A stretch of DNA of 64,000 bases from the human T2T-CHM13v2.0 reference genome, Homo sapiens. Position 1 is the stretch's first letter. The number at the start of each line of letters is the position of its first letter. The stretch lies in the NCBI RefSeq assembly GCF_009914755.1, contig NC_060928.1; one strand, 5' to 3'. Below, one piece after another: positions 1-13,900 of the stretch. Below the pieces are notes generated by a model. It made no database searches and was not told the DNA's origin. It saw nothing but the letters and a program-made list of their open reading frames with translations. A program made the position numbers and the translations under genes.

Positions 1-209
1 TCGAATTTCAGTAGATGGGGTTAAAAGTGTGTATTTCCATGTTGAGGAGCAAGGGAGTGGAGTTGAGGAAGGAAGGCTATCAGGCAGATAGAATAACACA
101 AAGATAAAATACAAACATATTCAATTATAGCAAGCAAATTAACTGAAATGTGGGATTGGGGAGAAGGATTCCACAATAAAAATAATAATAATAGAACAGA
201 AAGCTAAAA

Positions 210-400
210 ATTCAGATAAGATCAAAATTCAGAAATCCTTGAAATCTAAGCTAAATGTGGAAGGCTTTTGAACAGGGAATGAATAGCATTTTGTGAATCT
301 AAATCTTCTAATAGACTGCAGCAGTTACTGCACCAAAACAATCGAAGCAGAAAACACTAGTTAGGAGACAATTGCAAAAATCCAAGTGGGAGGTAGATAA
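210..400 (-). mobile_element. L2 LINE fragment (ancient)
   Basis: ctagttaggagacaattgcaaaaatccaagtggga resembles the reverse complement of the L2 ORF2 'LDYCNSLL' region; boundaries approximate. Confidence 0.5.
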
Positions 401-469
401 AGTTATGAAAATGTTTCTGCTAATTAATTTTTGCAAGATTTTTCCTTTAAATCAGCAAATTGTTAATTT

Positions 470-625
470 TAGGGCTAAGGTGATTTTAGAAATTATCTTG
501 CTCAAAACCCCATATTTTTATGATTTAGGAAATTGAGGACTAAAGAGATTCAATGATCTGCCTAAGATTCCAAAGCCAAGACTGGAAGTGGATCTTCTAG
601 TTTCCAGTTCTATTGTTCTTTCTAT
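470..625 (-). mobile_element. MIR-family SINE
   Basis: Degenerate MIR core ccccatatttttatgatttaggaaattgaggactaaagagattcaatgatctgcctaag. Confidence 0.7.
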
Positions 626-1726
626 CTTAAATATATGCCTCCCTCAAGGTGACGCTTTAAATTAAAAGGAATTAACAAAGTAACAAATACAGAAATAGGA
701 CCTTTATTGCTACTTCACTAACCGAACAGTAACCTTATTTAATAGATCTTCCCTGCCTTATTTAATAGATCCCACTGAAACATTGTAATAAATGTAATAA
801 AAGGGGAGATTAGGGCAAACATCAGTGGGAAGACATTAATTAGAGAAGGACCTCACCAATTCTCAGTTGACTAATCCTCAAACCCTGTAATTCTCATAAG
901 AAAACTGGCAATCTTGCTTTACTTCTTATTGAAGAGATTTTCCAGCCAAAGAGAGCAGCAAGCTCAAGTAATCAGAATCTCATTAATTTTATTAAATATG
1001 CTATAAAGTCTCATAATAAATAATTAAGCCCTATCAGATATCTGATAGTCTTATCCCTTCTTATAGACATAAATAAAATGACAGTGCTTACAATGAAAAT
1101 CATAAAAGATAATTGTGATTATTGATGATAATAATACCTTATGTTTGTTTCAAGAGATTTTAAAGCTTTTCAAAGCTTGACTGTTGCATCATAATTGGCA
1201 TACAAAGCATTTATGTCCTAATCTATATAAATAAGTTTCTATCAACTACCTGTTACACCATCACTTGAAAATGGCTAGACAGATTTTCACCAAATTTGGC
1301 TTGTGATGGCCTGACTTAAGACATAAAATAATAATTGCTCAACAAATCCAGTGAGGAGGGCCCTCACAGGGGGGGTCTCCAAGGGAGAAGCTTTATCATC
1401 CAGAAACTGCCAATAGTGTTTGAAGCTGCACTGGGCAGAATAAACTGAAATACATAGATATAGTCTATGCTTATCTTATTAGGTATTAGAATATGATCCA
1501 AGGTTTCTTTTTCACTATTAAAAAATGTTAAAGACTGTCAAGTTTGTTTTTTAAAAATATATCATACATTTCTACTTATATAGGTAAATACTTCTGGCTA
1601 TTAGTAAAATTCAAAGTGCTGTAATTTTGTTTCTTTGTTTTTGACTGTACCTGGATTACAAATGCAATACAGAATTTATCATTTCAGTTTATTCTTTTTC
1701 ATATAGCCATTAAATCAGTTGCTTGA

Positions 1727-2335
1727 TGTGGTAGGCAGAATCTCTCCCCTAAATATGTCCACACCCTAATTCTTGGAACCTGTGAATATGCTAATTTGCA
1801 TGGCAAAAAGGATTGTGAGAATGTAATTAAAATTACAATCCTTAAAATGTGGTAATTATCATGGATTATCCTGGTAGGCCCAGTGTAATCACATGAGCCA
1901 TGACTCTGGCCATAGTCAGAGATGTTGCGGAAGGAGAAATCAGAGAGATTTGAAACATGATAGGGAATTGGTTCACCATGATTAGAGGTGACCTATGGAA
2001 AGCATGAGAGAGAATTCAACCAGCATCTAGAAGCAAAGACTAGCCCCAGCTGACAATCAACGAGGAACAAGGACCTCAGTCCTACAACCATAAGGAACTA
2101 AATTTGGCCAAGAAACTGAATAGCTTGGAAGCAGATTCTTCCCCCCAGAGCCTCCAGTAAGGAATGCAGCCCAGCTGGAACCTGGATTTTAGTCTCGTGA
2201 GACCCTAAGCAGAGGGTCCAGCCAAGTCCACAAGGAATTATAACCTACAAAAACTGACAGATTAATATATTTCTGTTGTTTGAAGTTGCTAAGGTTTGGT
2301 AATATGTTACAGCAGCAACAAAAAGAAAGAATACA
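1727..2335 (+). mobile_element. MaLR solo LTR (MLT1D/MLT1E-like)
   Basis: Starts tgtggtaggcagaat, ends gttacagcagcaac...aataca; TG...CA termini; near-identical 5-bp TSD cttga/cctga. Confidence 0.85.
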
Positions 2336-2556
2336 CCTGAGTATTCTGGTCAATGTCATTAATTCAGGACATGCCATATGTAAAGTACTATGCTAGAGTA
2401 AATGTTTCCTTACCTTGGATGACATACAATCTGGTTAGGAAGGTAAGATAAACATATAAAAATGTAATTAGTAAATCCAGGGAGTAGCAGGAATGCCTAG
2501 CAATATCATTTAGGGAAGTCTAGATAAAAGGTAGTTTTTTTTTTCTATGTATAGGG

Positions 2557-3095
2557 CAATGTTTCTCAAATTATAGCATATATCAGGATCACCAGGAATC
2601 TTTTGAAGATCTTATTAAAGATATCTCACTCAGGGCTGGACATGGTGGCTCAGGCCTGTAATCCCAGCACTTTAGGAAGCCGAGGTGGAAGAATCACTTG
2701 AAGCCAGGCGTTCAAGACCAGTCTGGGCAACAAGGGGAGAGACCCTGTCTCTACAATTTTTTTTTTTTTAATTAGCCAGACATGGTATCGTGCAACTATA
2801 GTCCCAACAACTCCAAAGGCTGAGGCAGGAGGATTGCTTGAGCCTAGGAGTTTGAGGCCACAGTGAGCTATGATGACACCACTGCACTCCAGTCCAGATG
2901 ACAGAGTAAGAGCCGTCTCTAAAATAAAATAAAATAAAATAAAATAAAATAAAATAAAATAAAATAAAAATAAATAAAGATAAAGATAAAGATATCTCTG
3001 ATTCAGTAAGTTTGGATGGGACTTGAGAAGTTGCGTTAGCAGATTTCTAGGTGAGACTCGTGCTGCTGATCCTAGGACCATACATTGAGAAGTAG
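2557..3095. mobile_element. MER5A-type hAT MITE split by an Alu
   Basis: caatgtttctcaaa...atcaggatcacc before the Alu; ctgattcagtaagtttgg...tgctgctgatcctaggaccatacattgagaa after it. Confidence 0.7.
2634..2992 (+). mobile_element. AluJ with (AAAAT)n tail
   Basis: Dimeric Alu with J-type features (ggattgcttgagcctaggagtttgaggc); aaagatatctc repeated on both sides; linker is a T run instead of A-rich. Confidence 0.93.
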
Positions 3096-3379
3096 AAAAG
3101 GGAAATAGTTTAAGCAAATATTTAAGGCTTAATTAGAAGTTCAAGAATTGTTTAGGGACCATGAGTTGACTTGCATGAAAATGGTGCTTTGCAAAGATTA
3201 TTGAGGCCATAAATATTCAGAAAATATTTGTAGTTGGGAAGAGATCTAAAACAGAAAAAAAAGGGGGGGAGGGGGGAACCTTGAGAAATGGCAAAATACT
3301 ATGAGATAAGAAAATATTAGTTAATAATAAATAGAGTAACCTGGCATGTTATACTAAAAGTAATTGATTCTTTAAGCTT

Positions 3380-5745
3380 TGGAGCATTTTATATTTTTTT
3401 CTTCTGTCAATTTTGGTGGTGTTTTTAGAAAACTTTATCCATTTCCTCCAAGCTGTCAAAGTTATTAGTATAAATTTATTTGTAATATCCTTTATTCCCA
3501 TTTGGATGTCTTTAGTATCTGCAACATTGTTGCCTTTTTCATTATTAATATTGATAATTTGTGTTCTCTTTTGCTTTATCACCCTTAAAAAAGGTTTTCA
3601 ATCATATTGACTTTTTCAAATAATCAAATTTTGACTGTCAAAACTTTCTTTACATTTATTTTCTCCTTTATTTTGGTTCTTATCTTTATAATTTCCTTTC
3701 AATATTTCTGTTTAGTATGATTTGTTGTAGGTGTTTCTAACTTATGAAGATGAAAGCATTAGAACAGTGATTTTAAGCCCTTCTTCTCTTCTATTGTATG
3801 CATTTAATGCTACAAATTTCCACTGCAATACAGCTGTAGCTGCATTCCATGGGTTTTGCTATATCACATTTTATTATCATTTAATTTGAAATAATTTTTA
3901 AAAGTTTATTATTATTTCTTCCTTATCCCACAGGCTTTCATAAGTATTCTGTTTAACTTAAAGACAATTTTGGAATTTTTGATACATTTTGGTTATTATT
4001 TTATTACCTTTAGGAAAGCATATTCTGAATTATTTCAATCCTTGCAAATGTATTGAGATTTTTTATGGTCCAATTATAGTAAGTCTGATCAGCATTCCAT
4101 GTGCATTTGAAAGGAATGTGAATTCTGTCATTGTTGGGCATATTGTTCTATATAAGTCAGTTAGGTCAAATTTGATAATTGTACTATTGAGATCTTCTAT
4201 ACTCCCACTAAGATTTTCATCTGCTTGTTCTCTCAGCTCTTAGGATAGGTCTATTTAAGTCACCAACTCTGATTATGGATTTGTATATTTTTCCTTTTCT
4301 TCCAGTTAATTTTTCCTTTATATTTTTTAATGTAATAAAATCATGTTATATACATAAATATTTTTAAGATTGTGACATTGTCCTAGTGGTTTGGCTATCA
4401 TTTAAAGTCCCTATTTATCACCAATAATGACACAAACTTGACTTTTAAAATTAAAGTAGAATTTCTCTGACATTATTTATTTTGGGCTAGTATATACATG
4501 ACATGTCTTTTTTAATCCTTTTACTTTCAATCATTATCTTACATTTGAGCTATGTATCTTGTAAGCATTACATAATTTGTTTTCCCCATCATCTACAACT
4601 TTAGCCTTTTTCTTTGCATATTTATTCCAATTGCATTAATTTAAGTGCATTTGTTTTTTATCCTTCCTTACCATCCTTGTCTAATCAAACATTTTTTAAA
4701 ATTATTGTTCCATTTCCTGACTGGTTAAATTGTTAAATATGCCTTCTTTTAGCCATTAATCTATATGTTACAACATGCATCTATTATATTCTCATGTAAA
4801 TTATTACTACTTTCCTAAAAAATGCTAAAATCTTGAAGTGCCTTAACTTTACCTTTTTTCTGCCTTTTACATTAATTTTGTATTTTAATTCTACAAATAT
4901 TTTACAAGTGCTTTATACTCCATAAGACATTATTTTATCACCAGTATTAACCTACAGAGTTACTTTTTCTAGTAGCCTACATTTCTTTTTATATTTTCAT
5001 TATCTTATGTAGAATCATTTCCCTGTTCATTAAGAATTTTCTCGAGTATTTACTTCAATACAGACATGCTTATGAAAAATTCAGTTTTTATTTGCTTAAA
5101 ATATCTTTATATCCCACTTCATTTTTGTAGGATATTTACCTGGTCATAGTATTCTAGGTTGGTAGTTATTTTCTTTTAACCCTTTCAATATTGCCTTCTG
5201 GCTTATATTATTTGTTAAGAAGACAGATGCAAGTCTTAAAATTATTTATTTAAAGTTAATAATTTTTCTCCAACTTAAAAAAATGTTTCTCTCTGTTCTG
5301 GATTTTCAGCAGTTTGACTATGATGTGCTTGTGTGTGTGTGTGTATGTGTGTGTACATGTGTGTGTGTGTGTGTACGTGTCTCTGTGTGTGTGTGTGTAT
5401 TGGTTTTTTGGTTTTTGTATCCTTTTTGGGGTTTGCTGAGATTTTTGAATCTGTGTGTTTGTGCTTTCATCAGTTTGGGGACACACCAAGCCATTATCAA
5501 ATATGGTTCTTCCCAATTTTCTCTCTCCTGTTTTGGTTACTCACATTAAACATATATTAGATTTCTTTACTATGTGCCACATCTTTTAGGCTATGTTTTA
5601 TATTTCCTGTGTTTTTGGTGTGTTTTAATTTTAATACTGTGTGTTGACCTGTATTAACGTTCATCAATCCTATCTTCTGCTGTGCCCCACATGCTGTTAA
5701 ACTCATTCACTGTGTTCTGAATTTCAGATGTTGTATTTTCAGATC
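3380..5745 (-). mobile_element. Old L1M fragment (ORF1/5' ORF2 region, decayed)
   Basis: T-rich strand; minus-strand translations give L1-like peptides (TQIININNEKGNNVADTKDIQ; QIQKSQQTPKRI...HIIVKLLK). Confidence 0.75.
5330..5398 (+). repeat. Interrupted (TG)n microsatellite
   Basis: Directly visible alternating TG run with a few interruptions. Confidence 0.95.
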
Positions 5746-5764
5746 TGCTGTAATGAGAAAACAG

Positions 5765-5970
5765 TATGCCTGAAAATGCAGCCAATAGAAAGAAATAATA
5801 AAATGTAGAGATGTAGAAATACTGGGAATCATGACATTACTTGAGTCTCTGGACCCAGTGCTGCTTGAAGCTAGTACTATCCGTGATCTTTCCAATTACA
5901 TAAGTCAGTAAATCTTGTTTTTGTTAGTTGGAATTCAGCTTCCAATTGCTTGAAACTCAAATAATCCTTA
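5765..5970 (+). mobile_element. Old MaLR LTR 3' fragment (MLT1J/K-like)
   Basis: gacattacttgagtctctggacccagtgctgcttgaagctag...ttacataagtcagtaaatc. Confidence 0.55.
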
Positions 5971-5999
5971 CAAGTATAAATCACCAAGTTGGCATTCAC

Positions 6000-6412
6000 T
6001 ATATGCCAGTTTGTCATCCAGAGGTCCAGAACGGTCCCCAGCACAACAGCCTCTGCCCCATGGAATTGAGTGTGCCACCTTTCTGGCATGTGGATATGGT
6101 GACCAATTCAGAAGCCCCCCAAACTCCACCATGCAAAGATTTCTATGGAGGTTTTATTATTTAGGCATGATAAATGAAATCACAAGCCATTGAGGACTGA
6201 ACTCAATCTCCAGCCACTCTCACCTCCCTGGAGTTAGGGAGACAAAGCTGAAAGTTCTAACTATAATCATGTGGTTAGTTTTTCTTGTGACCAGCCCTCA
6301 TCCTCACCATCGGTCATCTCACTAGCATACAAAAGATAATAAATTCCAAGGGTTTTAGAACTCCATACCAGGAACCAATAATAGAAAACAATTATTTATT
6401 TTTATTATATAC
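6000..6412 (-). mobile_element. MER21-family LTR fragment
   Basis: Reverse complement matches the 5' part of the MER21-like LTR at 53009-53878 (taggcatgat, ctcaatctccagcc, aatcatgtggtt). Confidence 0.7.
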
Positions 6413-6419
6413 AATAAGA

Positions 6420-7125
6420 AATGAAAATTTTGATATGTAGATTCAATGAAATCTCAATCAAAATCCCAATACATTATTTTGCAGATATCAACCAACTGAT
6501 TCTAAAGTTTATATGGAGAGGCACCCAGAGTAGTCAACATAATACTGAAGAAGAACAAAGTTGTATGACTGATATTACCAGACTTCAGGACTTACTATAA
6601 CATAGCTACAGTAGTCCAGACACTGTGGTGTTGGTAAAAGAATAGACAAATAGATCAGTGGAACATAATAGAGAACTCAGATACAGAATCACATAAATAC
6701 AGTCAACTGATCTTTGGAAAAGCAGCAAAGGCAGTACAATAAAGCAAAATAGTCTTTTCAACAAACGGTGCTGGATACTTACATGCAAAAACACTGAATC
6801 TAGACACAGATATTATTCCCTTCACAAAAATAAACTTAAAATGATTAATAGAGCTAAATGTAAAATACAAGAATATAAAACTCCTAGAAAATGAAGTGGG
6901 TGAAAATCAAATGACCTTGGGTATGATGATGACATTTTAGATATAATGCCAAGGGTATGATCCATGAAAAAAATAATTGATAAGCTGAACTTCATAAAAA
7001 AAAAAAAACTTCTGCTCTGTGAAAGACAATGTCAAGAAGATAAGACAAACCAAAGACTGGGAGAAAATATTTTCAAAAGACACATCTGCTAAAGGACTGT
7101 TATCCAAAATATATAAAGAACTCTT
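6420..7125 (+). mobile_element. Old L1M (L1MA/MB-like) 3' ORF2 fragment, left part, interrupted by L1HS
   Basis: Decayed L1 ORF2 motifs (agacaaatagatcagtggaac, ctgatctttg, aacttctgctctgtgaaagac); resumes at 13191. Confidence 0.85.
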
Positions 7126-7140
7126 AAAACTCAACAATAA

Positions 7141-8040
7141 GGGAGGAGCCAAGATGGCCGAATAGGAACAGCTCCGGTCTACAGCTCCCAGCGTGAGCGA
7201 TGCAGAAGACGGGTGATTTCTGCATTTCCATCTGAGGTACCGGGTTCATCTCACTAGGGAGTGCCAGACAGTGGGCGCAGGCCAGTGTGTGTGCGCACCG
7301 TGCGCGAGCCGAAGCAGGGCGAGGCATTGCCTCACCTGGGAAGCGCAAGGGGTCAGGGAGTTCCCTTTCCGAGTCAAAGAAAGGGGTGACTGACGCACCT
7401 GGAAAATCGGGTCACTCCCACCCGAATACTGCGCTTTTCCGACCAGCTTAAAAAACGGCGCACCACGAGATTGTAACCCGCACCTGGCTTGGAGGGTCCT
7501 ACGCCCACGGAGTCCTCTCGCTGATTGCTAGCACAGCAGTCTGAGATCAAACTGCAATGCGGCAGCCAGGCTGGGGGAGGGGTGCCCGCCATTGCCCAGG
7601 CTTGCTTAGGTAAACAAAGCAGCCGGGAAGCTCGAACTGGGTGGAGCCCACCACAGCTAAAGGAGGCCTGCCGGCCTCTATAGGCTCCACCTCTGGGGGC
7701 AGGGCACAGACAAACAAAAAGACAGCAGTAACCTCTGCAGACTTAAATGTCCCTGTCTGACAGCTTTGAAGAGAGCAGTGGTTCTCCCAGCACACAGCTG
7801 GAGATCTGAGAATGGGCAGACTGCCTCCTCAAGTGGGTCCCTGACCCCCAAGCAGCCTACCTGGGAGGCACCCCCCAGCAAGGGCACACTGACACCTCAC
7901 ACGGCCAGGTACTCCAACAGACCTGCAGCTGAGGGTCCTGTCTGTTAGAAGGAAAACTAACAAACAGAAAGGACATCCACACCAAAAACCCATCTGTACA
8001 TTACCATCATCAAAGACCAAAAGTAGATAAAACCACAAAG
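7141..8040 (+). promoter_or_regulatory. L1 5'UTR CpG-rich internal sense promoter with antisense promoter; YY1 site intact
   Basis: caagatggcc at 7150-7159; highest CpG density in the window; established L1 architecture. Confidence 0.85.
7374..7592 (-). CDS. ORF0: LINE-1 antisense ORF0 (72 aa, open)
   Basis: MAGTPPPAWLPHCSLISDCCASNQRED...RVGVTRFSRCVSHPFL matches primate L1 ORF0p with one extra residue. Confidence 0.8.
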   Translation of the reverse strand: MAGTPPPAWLPHCSLISDCCASNQREDSVGVGPSKPGAGYNLVVRRFLSWSEKRSIRVGVTRFSRCVSHPFL

Positions 8041-9057
8041 ATGGGGAAAAAACAGAACAGAAAAACTGGAAACTCTAAAACGCAGAGCACCTCTCCTCCT
8101 CCAAAGGAACGCAGTTCCTCACCAGCAACAGAACAAAGCTGGATGGAGAATGATTTTGACGAGCTGAGAGAAGAAGGCTTCAGACGATCAAATTACTCTG
8201 AGCTACGGGAGGACATTCAAACCAAAGGCAAAGAAGTTGAAAACTTTGAAAAAAATTTACAAGAATGTATAACTAGAATAACCAATACAGAGAAGTGCTT
8301 AAAGGAGCTGATGGAGCTGAAAACCAAGGCTCGAGAACTACGTGAAGAATGCAGAAGACTCAGGAGCCGATGCGATCAACTGGAAGAAAGGGTATCAGCA
8401 ATGGAAGATGAAATGAATGAAATGAAGCGAGAAGGGAAGTTTAGAGAAAAAAGAATAAAAAGAAATGAGCAAAGCCTCCAAGAAATATGGGACTATGTGA
8501 AAAGACCAAATCTACGTCTGATTGGTGGACCTGAAAGTGATGTGGAGAATGGAACCAAGTTGGAAAACACTCTGCAGGATATTATCCAGGAGAACTTCCC
8601 CAATCTAGCAAGGCAGGCCAACGTTCAGATTCAGGAAATACAGAGAACGCCACAAAGATACTCCTCGAGAAGAGCAACTCCAAGACACATAATTGTCAGA
8701 TTCACCAAAGTTGAAATGAAGGAAAAAATGTTAAGGGCAGCCAGAGAGAAAGGTCGGGTTACCCTCAAAGGAAAGCCCATCAGACTAACAGCGGATCTCT
8801 CGGCAGAAACCCTACAAGCCAGAATAGAGTGGGGGCCAATATTCAACATTCTTAAAGAAAAGAATTTTCAACCCAGAATTTCATATCCAGCCAAACTAAG
8901 CTTCATAAGTGAAGGAGAAATAAAATACTTTATAGACAAGCAAATGCTGAGAGATTTTGTCACCACCAGGCCTGCCCTAAAAGAGCTCCTGAAGGAAGCA
9001 CTAAACATGGAAAGGAACAACCGGTACCAGCCGCTGCAAAATCATGCCAAAATGTAA
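8041..9057 (+). CDS. ORF1: LINE-1 ORF1p RNA-binding chaperone (338 aa, open; R262I)
   Basis: MGKKQNRKTGNSK...QNHAKM, canonical length; REKG and YPAKLS motifs intact; ARR motif reads ARI. Confidence 0.95.
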   Translation: MGKKQNRKTGNSKTQSTSPPPKERSSSPATEQSWMENDFDELREEGFRRSNYSELREDIQTKGKEVENFEKNLQECITRITNTEKCLKELMELKTKARELREECRRLRSRCDQLEERVSAMEDEMNEMKREGKFREKRIKRNEQSLQEIWDYVKRPNLRLIGGPESDVENGTKLENTLQDIIQENFPNLARQANVQIQEIQRTPQRYSSRRATPRHIIVRFTKVEMKEKMLRAAREKGRVTLKGKPIRLTADLSAETLQARIEWGPIFNILKEKNFQPRISYPAKLSFISEGEIKYFIDKQMLRDFVTTRPALKELLKEALNMERNNRYQPLQNHAKM

Positions 9058-9096
9058 AGACCATCCAGACTAGGAAGAAACTGCATCAACTAATGA

Positions 9097-12948
<3,852 letters not shown>

Positions 12949-12991
12949 ACAATGAGATCACATGGACACAGGAAGGGGAATATCACACTCT

Positions 12992-13025
12992 GGGGACTGT
13001 GGTGGGGTCGGGGGAGGGGGGAGGG
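12992..13025 (+). other. L1 3'UTR G-rich tract (G-quadruplex motif)
   Basis: ggggactgtggtggggtcgggggaggggggaggg. Confidence 0.8.
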
Positions 13026-13190
13026 ATAGCACTGGGAGATATACCTAATGCTAGATGACACATTAGTGGGTGCAGCGCACCAGCATGGCACATGTATACA
13101 TATGTAACTAACCTGCACAATGTGCACATGTAACCTAAAACTTAGAGTATAATAAAAAAAAAAAAAAAAAAAAAAAAACTCAACAATAAG

Positions 13191-13390
13191 AAAGCACACA
13201 GCCTGATTTTTTAAATGTGCCAAAGGCCTTAACTGATGCCTCTCCAAAGAAGATATTCAGATAGCAAATAAGCATACAAAAAGATGCTCTACCTTGTATG
13301 TCATTTGGGAAATGCAAGTTAAAACAACAATGTGATACCACTGTTACACAATTGATGAACCTACATTGACACATCATGATCACCCAAAAG
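13191..13390 (+). mobile_element. Old L1M fragment, right part (continuation of 6420-7125)
   Basis: aagaagatattcagatagcaaataagcatac...ggaaatgcaagttaaaacaacaatgtgatacc is collinear with L1 ORF2 after the insertion point. Confidence 0.8.
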
Positions 13391-13894
13391 TGAGCAGAAA
13401 GGTAAACAAAGCCTCTTTCTTGTGAATGTGAAGAAATGAGAGTAGGATAAAGAGTGTAAAAGTATTAAGAAAAGAATTACTAAAACAAATCAAGCTTTCC
13501 CTGGATCACTTCCTATGAAGACATATACAATTCCTCTTTTTAAAAGAAAATTTACCTAAAACCACAATGCATGTTTAGTTACCACTTTCCATGGCAGTTC
13601 TGATGACATATAAAAATACATTTGAATTGGATTCTGTAAAGCATGTAATTTAAACATTGGTACAACGCTCTAAGTGGGTTTATAGAATCCATGGGTCTAA
13701 CATATAGGTGAAATCATGTTACGATGGAATTCTTTCAATTATTCAGGTAATTTTATCCCAAACCATGCTCTGCTTACTATAATACTAAGGTGCTGTTATT
13801 CAGTGAAATGCTGTTTCTCACTGCTTTTTGTTATTTTCATTGTAAATAAATTCAAGAGCACTACAACTACATATGAATCAGTACATTTTAATGC

Positions 13895-13900
13895 TTTATT
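13895..13900 (-). terminator. Candidate poly(A) signal of a minus-strand transcript
   Basis: AATAAA on the minus strand followed by GT-rich gtagttgtagtgctcttg, at the end of a repeat-free stretch; motif evidence only. Confidence 0.35.

Noticed and set aside
733-771. 16-bp direct repeat ccttatttaatagatc, and similar short doublets near 15066, 25017, 41341, 50120 and 59931
   Set aside because: Two-copy slippage duplications typical of neutral AT-rich DNA
2650-3117. 155-aa minus-strand ORF and other Alu-overlapping ORFs (22003, 35265, 58471, 60142)
   Set aside because: Translations of Alu sequence and its tails
5256-5560. Overlapping ORFs rich in CV or TH repeats
   Set aside because: Translation of the (TG)n microsatellite
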